Source: Planctomycetota bacterium (GTDB taxonomy: Bacteria; Planctomycetota; SZUA-567; H5-PLA8). Taken from it: 64,000 nucleotides of DNA. The notes under the pieces were generated by a model. The model worked only from the letters and a program-made list of their open reading frames with translations, had not been told where the DNA came from and searched no databases. Below are positions 24,901 through 33,912 of the stretch, in pieces. A program made the translations under genes and the position numbers. The DNA lies in contig JBBRPR010000017.1 of the NCBI GenBank assembly GCA_038227875.1, positions 32,001-96,000 on the forward strand, given 5' to 3'. The stretch's first letter is position 1, and the number at the start of each line of letters is the position of its first letter.

Positions 24901-25904
24901 GCGATCAGTGCAAACGCGACCACTCCACGCTGATCGACTACATGTACGACACCGTGCCGCAGGACACGCCGGCCGACAAGCGCCCGGACTACGACAAGCA
25001 GAAGACCGATTTGGAAAAGGCACGCCAGCAGCTCAAGACGATCCGCGATAATTACCCGAACATCCCGACGCTGGCCGATAAGGCCGGCAATGTCAGCGCC
25101 GCCGCGGCTGCGGTCGTCACCGACTGGATCGATGCGGTAAAAGAAAAGTATCCGGATCTCGAGCAGCTCAAGCCGAAGAAGGGCGAACCGGCCAAGGCGC
25201 CGCTGCAGATCATTGAAGAAGAAATCGATTTCCGCCGCAAGATCGAAGCCACCCGCGACCTGCTCTCGCGCCAGTCGCTGGAACTGGCCGAAAAGTACGC
25301 CAAGGGCGGCAACAACGACAGCGCCAAGAAGTTCCGCGAAATCGCCAGCGAGCAGATCAAGATCCTCGGCGACCTGCGCGGCGATACCCCGGTCATGATG
25401 GAACAGACCGCCGAACTGGACATGGCCGACGGCAAGTACAAGGAAGCCGAAGAGACGCTGTGGAAGATTGCCGACAACGCCGACAAGGATTCGGATACAT
25501 ACTTCCGCGCCAAGCGCAAGCTCTCCGAAATCTTCGCCAACCAGAAGAAGTGGCGCGAAGCGGCGGAGTTCCCGGAATACATCGCGCTGGTCGTCGGCGT
25601 CAAGGGCAACCGCCCCAAGCGCCTGTGGCCGGACATGGCCTCGTTCCTGGAAGAATGCTACAAGAACGGCGCACCGCGTCCCGCCGCGCTGAAACTCGAT
25701 GGGTCCGACGACGTCAAGGACGTGAAGAAGGACGACGTGAAGAAAGACGACGTCAAGAAGGATGAACCCAAGGCCGACGCGCCGAAGGCGGACGCACCGA
25801 AGACCGACGAGAAGAAAGCCGACGAACCCAAGGCCGAAGAGAAAAAGGCCGACGAGAAGAAACCGGAAGAGAAGAAAGCTGACGAACCGAAGACGGACAA
25901 GTAA
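21942..25904 (+). CDS. Large exported TPR-like alpha-helical protein with K/D/E-rich repeat tail
   Basis: Signal peptide (..VHA-EQD); TPR-like AWFEMGLCYLKMRHYYEA; tail of KKDDV, PKADA and KKADE repeats; strong codon bias. Confidence 0.8.
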   Translation: MIRGSKSPFVNYCKWIPVTALSCFLGGTIATSVHAEQDFEYAKLLVERDEQSFPTDDIIGRLITKLLETPSTQLEGKLIKATFLRHQAATSSSEKKNKLLTEANDLYKEVLAGDKKFRLMSVAERDAASMTSEMIRAQIDLAGNDKVKARELRAQAASNQEIIANAQKTNIDAAEPKFVAEFTKYTEYVKTHTDQESGEVKPPYPNGQMDALMKTFDEWIIADKRYVAAKVEQINCYDDSDPAKKAAAEVMAKYCDEKINNEKLADFPVITSWYSFMQGRIYGLVGDDEKASASWGTALGLEMQHLNDDQRKQMFQLKKFIIHDLIKMNMKGKKYAAVEEYIATSLIDPVLRTLFDDDSGKDLLIDYSKALTFKDGADQSDVEKAIKKLREQIEKEKGVNSVWAARFSRAMAEVLDYARSHKGMMPRLSGQEWYDAARGFFVMGQTEHQKYVEMERDAKGDPKNKEQFEKAYTEFQNAVDFYRRAVTAARSADLLTRVTVEPKAWFEMGLCYLKMRHYYEAIVVYQAMRNTFLPEFRGKLLPEPTSADYKKFVTKAVKDAIEELDKPKDGLIAKSGSNVLYAFEENKKLHNGAGDMWNKALQGKVLSTDTSLIKDSGISDIAYTQARTTMDEAKSFSDNGKFNAKDAKLSEDAYGQALTKYTAAAEKFLKVAPTSDAYEIALFQAGCCYNYAQGIWSDKLPSRRADAEAAIKDLGAKGVAAFDKYMEYVAKNAAKKDEDKDRRKKLEGEVLLVRNALSFGMQDWPMTLKTADEYLNWEKDNPTNSKKDAAMLNKFVALISLAAQNFAPKSDQFLKDAEAVMRDVRVMKPKDNKLFRTMLDQLGRRYNIAAFQVDKFLKENHTDVTTDMQDLYEDKVAEIQLERVTVVEEEANPNEEVSLEDYSRLVYLFDKASHRVKDREKATSMQEKSAEMAKKLLDKYDPTKKNLRIPEDKDAWQPLLNRMIGDNQTVRGLLRIQEDFKGDVNRRDQCKRDHSTLIDYMYDTVPQDTPADKRPDYDKQKTDLEKARQQLKTIRDNYPNIPTLADKAGNVSAAAAAVVTDWIDAVKEKYPDLEQLKPKKGEPAKAPLQIIEEEIDFRRKIEATRDLLSRQSLELAEKYAKGGNNDSAKKFREIASEQIKILGDLRGDTPVMMEQTAELDMADGKYKEAEETLWKIADNADKDSDTYFRAKRKLSEIFANQKKWREAAEFPEYIALVVGVKGNRPKRLWPDMASFLEECYKNGAPRPAALKLDGSDDVKDVKKDDVKKDDVKKDEPKADAPKADAPKTDEKKADEPKAEEKKADEKKPEEKKADEPKTDK

Positions 25905-25912
25905 GCGCAGCG

Positions 25913-25936
25913 CGGGCGCACCGCCCGCCTTTTTTT
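25913..25936 (+). terminator. Intrinsic terminator-like hairpin
   Basis: GCGGGCG-CAC-CGCCCGC followed by a T-run. Confidence 0.55.
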
Positions 25937-25999
25937 CGGCCGGGCGGCCTGACGGTCACATCTGAATACTTGAGCAAAGGTACGACAAGGAGTTCCATC

Positions 26000-27388
26000 A
26001 TGCGCAAGATTGCACTGATTCTGTTGTCACTCGTGCTGGCCGTAACTTCAGCCACCGTCGTGATGGGTGCTGAAGACCCGCAGCCGGAAGACGGACTCGA
26101 TTCGCTGATCCCCGTGGCCGCCAACGGTCGCGTCGATCAGACCAAGATCATCAAGGAAGACTACCTCTACATCGTCGGCAAGCACAAGATCGACATCAAA
26201 CGCAAGAGCTGCGATGTCAAGGAAGTGACCTACGGCGACCAGGATTCGGAATTCCAGTCCGGCATCACCGCCCGCGACGACGGCAAATTCACGGTGGCCG
26301 CCTATCACTTCGTCAAGTCGCTGGAAAACCTGAAAGGCAAGACGCGCATTCCCTGGCCGGCCGAGTACTGCAACTACCAGATCGCCAACGCGCTCTACCT
26401 GAACGGTTCGTTCAAAGGCTACACCGGCCGCACCGGCACCGTGTACGCGCCGCCGTCGGAATACTACAAGCTGGCGCTCGCCGCCAACCCGCGCTCCCGC
26501 TTCCTCCCGGACATCGTCTCCAAGCTGCCCTACTGCCTCAGCGAAGAGGACAAGCTTGACGATGCCGAAGCCGCCGTGAAGGACGGCGCGGCGAAGATCA
26601 AGACGTTCCGCGAAGAAGGCGTCGCCATCGCGCCGGCCTACGCCGACGTGGCCGAAAAAGCCTCCGCTCAACTGGCGCTGGCCGACGCGAAGATCGTCGA
26701 AAAGCGCACAGACAAAGCCGGTGCCGCCGCCAATCTTCAGGACGTCGTCGACCGCTGGCATCTGGCGCGCACCAAGTCCGACAAGTTTCCGGACATTCAG
26801 GCCGAAGCCGTCGACGGTGAACTCCAGGCGATGGTGCGCATGAAGAACTACGACGGTGTGATCGCCGAAGCGCAGACGCTGATCGACAAATACAAGCAGA
26901 CCGGCGACAGCAAAGTGTTGCCGCTGCTCCCGGGCGCGTACACCGCGCTGGGCAAGTCGTACCTCGGCAAGGCCGCCGATTACGAGACCCGCAAAAATCT
27001 GCCGCAGGCGCTCAACAGCTATGCCGAAGCGCGCTGGCAGTTCATCAACGTCGTCGCCCAGTTCTTCGACAAGGACGAATACGTCGCCAACGCCCATTAC
27101 CTCGCCGGATTCTGCTACAACAAGCTCAAGGACATCGAACCCGACGCCGCCGAGAAAGCGCAGCGCCACTGGAAACTGGTAGTCACCAATTTCCCCAAGA
27201 GCGCCTTCAACGATCTCGCCGCCAAGGCCCTCGCCGACGCGACGCCGGCCGCGGCCCCCGACGAGAAGAAGGATCCCAAAGACGCTCCCAAGGACGCGCC
27301 GAAAGACGCGCCGAAGGATGCGCCTAAAGACGCTCCGAAGGACGCCCCCAAAGCCGCGCCAAAGGACACCCCAAAGAAGGGCGTTTAA
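26000..27388 (+). CDS. Exported TPR-containing protein with (KDAP)n tail
   Basis: AAGGAG RBS; signal peptide MRKIALILLSLVLAV; TPR-like AHYLAGFCY...LVVTNFPKS; 12-bp tandem repeats encode KDAP. Confidence 0.8.
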   Translation: MRKIALILLSLVLAVTSATVVMGAEDPQPEDGLDSLIPVAANGRVDQTKIIKEDYLYIVGKHKIDIKRKSCDVKEVTYGDQDSEFQSGITARDDGKFTVAAYHFVKSLENLKGKTRIPWPAEYCNYQIANALYLNGSFKGYTGRTGTVYAPPSEYYKLALAANPRSRFLPDIVSKLPYCLSEEDKLDDAEAAVKDGAAKIKTFREEGVAIAPAYADVAEKASAQLALADAKIVEKRTDKAGAAANLQDVVDRWHLARTKSDKFPDIQAEAVDGELQAMVRMKNYDGVIAEAQTLIDKYKQTGDSKVLPLLPGAYTALGKSYLGKAADYETRKNLPQALNSYAEARWQFINVVAQFFDKDEYVANAHYLAGFCYNKLKDIEPDAAEKAQRHWKLVVTNFPKSAFNDLAAKALADATPAAAPDEKKDPKDAPKDAPKDAPKDAPKDAPKDAPKAAPKDTPKKGV

Positions 27389-27408
27389 CGGCGAGGACTG
27401 AGGACTGA

Positions 27409-27439
27409 AAAAATCCCCCGCACACAGCGGGGGATTTTT
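27409..27439. terminator. Bidirectional intrinsic terminator
   Basis: AAAAATCCCCCGC-ACACA-GCGGGGGATTTTT. Confidence 0.85.
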
Positions 27440-27454
27440 ATTAATTAAGACGCT

Positions 27455-27832
27455 ATGGATCTTCGAGTGGAAATCTTCTACGTCGTTAGTAAGTCCAAGC
27501 TTCCAAAGGGTATGTCATTTCCCTTGAAGCGAAGTGAATTCGATTCAGCAATGTCCACGATTGCATACGATGGCATTCGCTTCGTCTACTTCAATCTCGG
27601 TCAGCGCAGTTCAGGAAAATCAATCCTCATGCACTGCGACGCAAAATGCATAATCCTTTATGCAGTGCCGTCAGCCGAACGGCAACGTATCGGCGAGGCA
27701 TTGCTGAACGAGGGCTTTCCCAAGTTAAGGCGTTGGCTGGAGAATATTGGCAAGACCGAAACCGCGCGCATGATGAAGCACTATTTTGGCATGAGGTGGG
27801 TTGATGGGCGGCTGGTCGTTCACGCAGAATAA
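27455..27832 (+). CDS. Hypothetical protein, lower GC than neighbours
   Basis: 125-aa ORF with AT-richer codon usage; no motif recognised. Confidence 0.6.
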   Translation: MDLRVEIFYVVSKSKLPKGMSFPLKRSEFDSAMSTIAYDGIRFVYFNLGQRSSGKSILMHCDAKCIILYAVPSAERQRIGEALLNEGFPKLRRWLENIGKTETARMMKHYFGMRWVDGRLVVHAE

Positions 27833-28096
27833 ATTTTAAACGCAGTACTCTGAAAGCTGAAAACCGAACCCGCTATAATAGCGGAACGTTTTATTTCGAA
27901 AGCCCGATGACTGTCTGTCATTTTTCCCTTGCATTCCACCCCTACATTAGGGTAATCTTCACCCACCTGCGAACGTCCGTCCTTATCGCTGAAACGCGGT
28001 CCGGCGCTCGCCAACTTTCTCCCACACAACCCAGCACACCGATCAAAGCGCGTAGCGCCTTCGTGTCGCTCTGTGGGTAAAGAAAGGAATCTCGCC

Positions 28097-28768
28097 ATGA
28101 AGCTCGAACCGACCCACGACCGTGCCATCGACCTGCTCGTCTCCGGACACCGCCAGTACGAAATCGCCGCGGAGCTGAAAATCAGCGACCGTACTCTGCG
28201 CCGCTGGATCAAGAACCCCGACTTCCGCGAAGAGCTGGAAACCCAGCGCGACGGCGCCCGCACCATGGCCCAGACCGTGATGGCCATCGCCGCCGCCGAC
28301 CAGGCCGCTTACGCCCATAACGCCATCAATTTAGCCTACGATATGCTCAACTCCCACGACCCAAAGACGCACGAACGAGCGATCGTTCTGGGCATGAAGC
28401 TGATCGCTCAGCAAGAACGTCAGGCGAGCAACGAAAAGTGGCGCGAGTTCGTCTACTTCGACAAACTCAAACGCAAAGAAGCCGAAGCCGCCAAGAAGGC
28501 CCAGTCCGAGAGCGAAGCCGTCCCATCCGTCCCATCCGTCCCACCCGTCCCGCAAGATCCTGCGACAGCCGAATCCGGCCAAGATCGGACAAAAGCGGAC
28601 ACCACCGGCGAAGCAACTCCCGAAAACGGCCAAAACCGGACAAATCCGGACACCGCCGAGCCGCTCATCGTCATCAAAGAGGCCAAATTCACTAGCGCAT
28701 CGACAAAACCGAACGTAAAGGTGCCGAACAAAGCCCCCTTCTACGCTGGAGTCGCCGGCCGACGGTAA
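28097..28768 (+). CDS. N-terminal helix-turn-helix protein with low-complexity C-terminus
   Basis: AIDLLVSG..QYEIAAELKISDRTLRRWIKNPDF HTH, similar in style to phage-type HTH proteins; AAAGGA upstream. Confidence 0.7.
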   Translation: MKLEPTHDRAIDLLVSGHRQYEIAAELKISDRTLRRWIKNPDFREELETQRDGARTMAQTVMAIAAADQAAYAHNAINLAYDMLNSHDPKTHERAIVLGMKLIAQQERQASNEKWREFVYFDKLKRKEAEAAKKAQSESEAVPSVPSVPPVPQDPATAESGQDRTKADTTGEATPENGQNRTNPDTAEPLIVIKEAKFTSASTKPNVKVPNKAPFYAGVAGRR

Positions 28769-28779
28769 TCGAAGTGGCT

Positions 28780-29457
28780 TTACTTGGCTTCTGGAGATAC
28801 GGCGCCGTACAGCCCGTGCTTGCGGATGTACTCCTCGACGTCCTTGCGCAGGTAGCCGGGGATGCGCTCGCCCTTCTTCAGCAGCTGACGGATCAGCGTT
28901 GAACTGATGTCCACGCGCTGAACTTCGACCACGCCGCTGCGCAGCTTTGCGGTGGCTTCATCGCCCAGTGCTGTGCGGACGCGTTCCCAGAGCGCGGGAA
29001 GAATGGGAACTTCGCGCCGTTCGGCGATGCCGAAGTGGATCAGCTTCACCAGTTCGCCGATCTCGCGCCAGATCGGTAGATCGGCGAGACTGTCGGAGCC
29101 GATCAGGAAGTAGATCTCCGCGTCCGGTCCGTAGGCCTTGCGGACAATGCGCGCGGTGTCGACGGTGTAGCTGATCCCGCCTTTGCGGATCTCGAAGTCG
29201 CTGACGGAAAGCCCGCGCATGTTGTGGACGGCCAACTTGCACATTTCCAGCCGGTCGGCCGCGGACGCCTGCTCGCGGCCGTCCTGCTTGTGCGGCGGCG
29301 CGGCGGCGGGGAGCAGCACGACTTGCTCGAGCTTCAAGCCGTTCAACAATTGCTGCGCGATGGAAAGGTGGCCAATGTGGACCGGATCGAATGAACCGCC
29401 CATGATGCCAAAGCGCTTCAACGGTCCGAACAAATCAGTGGGAGTCGGTTCGCTCAT
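28780..29457 (-). CDS. nadD: Nicotinate-nucleotide adenylyltransferase
   Basis: GGSFDPVHIGH, PPHK, SYTVDT, FLIGSDS, DISST, YIRKHGLY. Confidence 0.96.
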   Translation of the reverse strand: MSEPTPTDLFGPLKRFGIMGGSFDPVHIGHLSIAQQLLNGLKLEQVVLLPAAAPPHKQDGREQASAADRLEMCKLAVHNMRGLSVSDFEIRKGGISYTVDTARIVRKAYGPDAEIYFLIGSDSLADLPIWREIGELVKLIHFGIAERREVPILPALWERVRTALGDEATAKLRSGVVEVQRVDISSTLIRQLLKKGERIPGYLRKDVEEYIRKHGLYGAVSPEAK

Positions 29458-29520
29458 AGCCACATATCATACACGTGTTGCCGCACTGGAAAAGCAGACG
29501 GGTCCTTCCATACTTAAACC

Positions 29521-30285
29521 ATGAGCGAACGGAAGCGAACAAAGAAACAAGTCGAACGCGATTTGCGCGCCGAAGAAGCCAACCGCCTGGCCTACATCGG
29601 CACGCTGGCTTCCGGACTGGCCCACGAAATCCGCAGCCCCCTCAACGCAATGAAGCTGAACCTGGACCTGCTGCGCGAGGACCTCGATTCGGTCGCGGAG
29701 GCCAAGCGCTCCGATTTCAAACAGCGCCTGGAGATGATCTCGCGCGAAGCCGATGGCCTCCAGACGCTGCTGACGGAATTTCTCTCGTTCGCCAAACCGC
29801 CGAGCATGGAGTTGCTGCCGACGGACCTCAACCAGTTGCTCAAGGAGATGATGCAGTTCCTCGATCCGGCCTGCAAGCAGCGCCACATTCAGATCCAGAC
29901 CGATTTTCAGAAGGACCTCTATCCCGTCCCGCTCGACCAGAACCAGTTCGGCCGTGGCGTGATTCTCAACCTGCTGACCAACGCGATGGAACAGATCGGT
30001 GAACAAGGCACGATTAACCTGCGCACGCGCGAAACGCCCGACTACCTGGAAGTCCAGATCGAAGACAACGGCGGCGGCGTGAAGCCCGAGAACGAAGCGC
30101 ACATTTTCGAGCTGTTCTTTTCCACAAAAGCCCACGGCACCGGCCTGGGACTGGCGATCGCGCGGCGCATCGTCCAGGAACACGGCGGCGAACTCACACT
30201 GCAGAATCGCGCGAATCAAGGCGCGACGTTCGTCATCCGGCTGCCGAAGAGCAAGATTCTGGAGTTGAGCCCGCGCGCTCAGTGA
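29521..30285 (+). CDS. Histidine kinase (HisKA + HATPase only)
   Basis: LAHEIRSPL H-box, NLLTNA N-box, DNGGG, FFSTK, GTGLGL. Confidence 0.92.
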   Translation: MSERKRTKKQVERDLRAEEANRLAYIGTLASGLAHEIRSPLNAMKLNLDLLREDLDSVAEAKRSDFKQRLEMISREADGLQTLLTEFLSFAKPPSMELLPTDLNQLLKEMMQFLDPACKQRHIQIQTDFQKDLYPVPLDQNQFGRGVILNLLTNAMEQIGEQGTINLRTRETPDYLEVQIEDNGGGVKPENEAHIFELFFSTKAHGTGLGLAIARRIVQEHGGELTLQNRANQGATFVIRLPKSKILELSPRAQ

Positions 30286-30288
30286 ATA

Positions 30289-30437
30289 TGTGCCATGGAT
30301 GTGCGGACATCTGAGCGAAGCGAAAATGTCCGCTCATCCGTGCGTTACGCATAGACCTCGCTCGCGACGTCATGGTGACAACACACGGATGAGCGAATTT
30401 CTTCGCTACGCTCAGAAATTCGCACATCCATGGCACA
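30289..30437. repeat. Inverted pair of 54-bp REP-like hairpin units (BIME-like) between convergent genes
   Basis: 30289-30342 and 30384-30437 are inverted homologues; a third copy lies at 10813-10863. Confidence 0.88.
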
Positions 30438-31688
30438 CTACGTGTGCTTGTACTGAAACAACTTCAGCGTCTCAAACGAGTAATTGATCTCGCAGAGGAA
30501 GTTGGCCAGATCGCGCGTCACCAGCGGCTGCGCCATCACGGTCGCTTCGCCCATCAGCACGGGATTTTCTTTGAGCCGGCCACTGGTGAAAAGCTTATGG
30601 ATGCCGCGGCGCAGACGGATTTCGCTCAGGTTCAAATCCAGATGCATCTGCGCGCCCGGCGCTGTCGCCGACCCATTTTCCCGGAAGCAGCGCGGATCAA
30701 AGATCGTGTGCTGCCGTGCGTACAAGTGCTGCGACAGGTGCGAGAGCTCTTCAACGCGAGCCGCAAAATGCTCGTCGGTCACCCAGCCGTACTTGCGTTC
30801 CTTCTCGACCAGCCGCTTGATTGCTTCGATGCGCTGCTCTTCGTCGGAGCGGCCCTGGTAGTAGTCCTTCACTTCCTTCTGGTACTGATCGTTGTAGCGC
30901 AGGTGCTCGATCACTTCCGTCAGCACGCGCGGAATTTTGCACTGCCACGCGCACTCCGTGATCGGCCGGTTGTGCGCACCGGGCTCCACTATGCGACTGT
31001 AGCGGCGGCGGTCTTCGGAACTGATCGACGACGGATGCGAAATCGACGGCATCCCCGGCATCTTGTTGGCCTGCTGCAGGGCGTTGGCAAACTGCGGCGC
31101 GACGACTTCTTCGAAGACGCGCTCCGGCGAGGTCCCCGCACGGAAGGTCTGCGCTTCCATCTTCAGCAGCTTGACCGGAGTGCCCGAAATTCCCGGCCCG
31201 AACGCTTCGATCAACAAATTGCGCGCGCCGGGAACTTTGACGTTTTCCAGCGGTAGCTCGTAAGCTTCCACGCGCACTTCGACGGCACCCTTGGTCGGGA
31301 CGAGCAGCGGATAAGTAAACGTGGTCGTGATGCTCGCCGTCAGTTCCGTCGGCGGCACGAAGCGCTCGAAGCAGATCGCCGCCAGCACGATGCCCGGCAT
31401 GACCACCACGTCCTGGCGGTCGAGCAGCTTGGCGCCGAGCGTGTAGGTCCGTTCAACCGGTCCGGCGTGCTCGAGCGACTCCTCGGTTCCGCCGACACCC
31501 TGCGACGCGAGCAGACCCAGCATCCATTGAATCGCATGATCGGGCCGGTGATGAACGGGATTGGCGTCGTGATTGTAGAGCAGGCTGACGATCACCTGTT
31601 CGCCGAACTGCACCGGCACAATGGCGCGGCCGATCGGTGTGCGATTTTCTGTGTCGTTGGGATTGCCATTCCGCGGCATCGAGCGCAT
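30438..31688 (-). CDS. Hypothetical protein, possible MaoC/hot-dog fold
   Basis: HDANPVH resembles the MaoC D-x-N-P-x-H motif, followed by VVMPG and TFTYPL; weak. Confidence 0.55.
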   Translation of the reverse strand: MRSMPRNGNPNDTENRTPIGRAIVPVQFGEQVIVSLLYNHDANPVHHRPDHAIQWMLGLLASQGVGGTEESLEHAGPVERTYTLGAKLLDRQDVVVMPGIVLAAICFERFVPPTELTASITTTFTYPLLVPTKGAVEVRVEAYELPLENVKVPGARNLLIEAFGPGISGTPVKLLKMEAQTFRAGTSPERVFEEVVAPQFANALQQANKMPGMPSISHPSSISSEDRRRYSRIVEPGAHNRPITECAWQCKIPRVLTEVIEHLRYNDQYQKEVKDYYQGRSDEEQRIEAIKRLVEKERKYGWVTDEHFAARVEELSHLSQHLYARQHTIFDPRCFRENGSATAPGAQMHLDLNLSEIRLRRGIHKLFTSGRLKENPVLMGEATVMAQPLVTRDLANFLCEINYSFETLKLFQYKHT

Positions 31689-32082
31689 CCTTTTTGTGGG
31701 CGTTCAAGGTAACTTTTGAGGCGTCGAAGTTCAATCTCGTTTGCGGATAGTCGCCTGCGAAAATCCCATAAACAGGCAGAAGGAGGGGTCGTGGGCGCCG
31801 TCCTTTGATTACTCCGGAAGCTAAGCCTTATGTCCGACTAATGCCGCTCGACTATCGCTACGATACAAATTCATTATCTTTAACATCATTATATATTATC
31901 GATATAAGCCTACATACAGATTGTTTTTAAGTACACTTGTCTTGTTTTCGTTTACCATTACTGAAATTTCAAAAACTTTAAAGTATTTGAATATCGATAC
32001 TTGCGGGTTTCTATTCATAAAGTATTATGATCGCAACTGAAGCGGATGGGCTCGTCACCTTGTTTTAAAAGGGAGGAATGCA

Positions 32083-33807
32083 GTGGGAAAGCGTATCATT
32101 TCTGAACCCATGGTCGGCGCTCGTCTGTTGTTGGAATGCCTTAACCACGAGGGCGTCGAGTACATCTTCGGCTACCCCGGTGGCGCTCTGATTCCGATTT
32201 ACGACGCGCTCTACAGCTTCCCCCAGATCAAGCACATCCTCGTCCGCCACGAACAAGGCGGAGCTCACGCTGCCGACGCGCTCTCCCGCGCGACGGGCAA
32301 GGTGGGCGTCTGCATGGGCACCTCCGGCCCCGGCGCGACGAACCTGGTGACCGGCATCGCCACGGCGTTTGCCGATTCCATTCCGATGGTCGCGATCACC
32401 GGACAAGTCCGGCGTTCACTGATCGGCAGCGACGCGTTCCAGGAAGCCGACATCACCGGCATCTGCCGACCGATCACCAAGCACGCGTACCTGGTCAAAG
32501 ATGTGAACGACATTCCGCGCATCGTCAAAGAAGCATTCTACATCGCCCGCACCGGCCGCCCAGGCCCGGTGCTCATCGACGTGCCGCGCGACGTCCAGAC
32601 CGACAAGTACACGGGGCCCATCGACGTCGAGATGGATCTGCCCGGCTACAACCCGCAGGTCGATCCGATTCCGGGACAGTTGGAAGCCGCTGCCGAAGCG
32701 ATCAACAAAGCCGAACGTCCGTTGCTGTACGTGGGTGGCGGCTGCGTGATCTCCGGCGCCTACCGTGAACTCCGCGCGGCGGCCGAACGCGCCGGCGTTC
32801 CCGTGACCACGACCCTGATGGCGCTGGGTGCTTTCCCCGGTAACCATCCGCTCAGCGTCGGCATGGCCGGCATGCACGGCACCGCCACCGCCAACTACGC
32901 GATGGACAACTGCGATCTGATGATCAGCGTCGGCGCGCGCTTCGACGACCGCATCACCGGCAACCTGAACCGCTTCTCCGTCGGCTCGAAGAAAGTCCAC
33001 TTCGACGTCGACCCGACTTGCATCGGCAAGAACGTGAAGACCGAATACCCCGTCGTCGGCGATGTCCGCGAGAGTCTCAAGCGCATCTTCAAGCACTTGA
33101 AGTTCAAAGACCGCAAGCCGTGGCTGGACACACTTAAGGATCAGCGCACGCAGCACCCGCTCCAGTACCCGGCTAACGGCATGCGCGGCCAGCACGTGAT
33201 CGACCGCATCTGCCAGCAGACGAAGGGCAAGGCGATCGTCACGACCGACGTCGGCCAGCATCAGATGTGGGCGGCGCAGTATTACACGTTCGTGGAGCCC
33301 CGCCATTTCCTCACGTCGGGCGGCCTGGGCACGATGGGCTATGGTCTGCCCGCGGCCATCGGCGCGGCGGTCAGTCGGCCGGGCGAAGACGTCTGGTGCA
33401 TCACCGGCGACGGTTCGATTGTGATGAACATTCAGGAGCTGGTCACGGCCAAGCGCCTGAAGTTGCCGATTAAGATCGCGCTGATCAACAACAATCATCT
33501 CGGCATGGTGCGCCAATGGCAGGAGATGTTCTGGGACCGCCACTACTCGGAAGTCGATCTCTCCGACAATCCCGATTTCGTCGAAGTGGCGAAAGCGTTT
33601 GGCTGTCACGGCATCCGCTGCGAAAAGCGCGAAGACGTCGATGAGACGATTCGCCAGTCGTACAAGTTCAAGGACGCCCCGGTGATGCTCGACTTCCGCG
33701 TCGCCCTGGAAGAAAACGTCTACCCGATGATCCCTGCCGGCGGCGCGCTCGACGAAATCGTCTACGATCCGCTGGAGAAGGTGGAGGCGGAGGTTACGGC
33801 GAAGTAA
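32083..33807 (+). CDS. ilvB: Acetolactate synthase large subunit
   Basis: [52 protein letters not shown]...NN, GMVRQWQ. Confidence 0.97.
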   Translation: MGKRIISEPMVGARLLLECLNHEGVEYIFGYPGGALIPIYDALYSFPQIKHILVRHEQGGAHAADALSRATGKVGVCMGTSGPGATNLVTGIATAFADSIPMVAITGQVRRSLIGSDAFQEADITGICRPITKHAYLVKDVNDIPRIVKEAFYIARTGRPGPVLIDVPRDVQTDKYTGPIDVEMDLPGYNPQVDPIPGQLEAAAEAINKAERPLLYVGGGCVISGAYRELRAAAERAGVPVTTTLMALGAFPGNHPLSVGMAGMHGTATANYAMDNCDLMISVGARFDDRITGNLNRFSVGSKKVHFDVDPTCIGKNVKTEYPVVGDVRESLKRIFKHLKFKDRKPWLDTLKDQRTQHPLQYPANGMRGQHVIDRICQQTKGKAIVTTDVGQHQMWAAQYYTFVEPRHFLTSGGLGTMGYGLPAAIGAAVSRPGEDVWCITGDGSIVMNIQELVTAKRLKLPIKIALINNNHLGMVRQWQEMFWDRHYSEVDLSDNPDFVEVAKAFGCHGIRCEKREDVDETIRQSYKFKDAPVMLDFRVALEENVYPMIPAGGALDEIVYDPLEKVEAEVTAK

Positions 33808-33912
33808 GATCCGCGCTTCATTTCGATTTCTTTTTTGGGAATCTGACCCCTTGCCGCTTTGCCGGCGAAACGAAGGCTATTGAGCCTTGAAAAACACGGA
33901 GGACACAACGCA

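Noticed and set aside
22002..24923. 973-aa antisense ORF and similar long minus-strand ORFs (38481-41093, 42589-45174, 32416-33609, 6474-7832)
   Set aside because: Shadow ORFs opposite well-supported genes, expected from strong G/C third-position bias; no motifs
31841..31930. ilv leader peptide (MPLDYRYDTNSLSLTSLYIIDISLHTDCF)
   Set aside because: No clear RBS, no tight Ile/Leu/Val run and no terminator/antiterminator before ilvB
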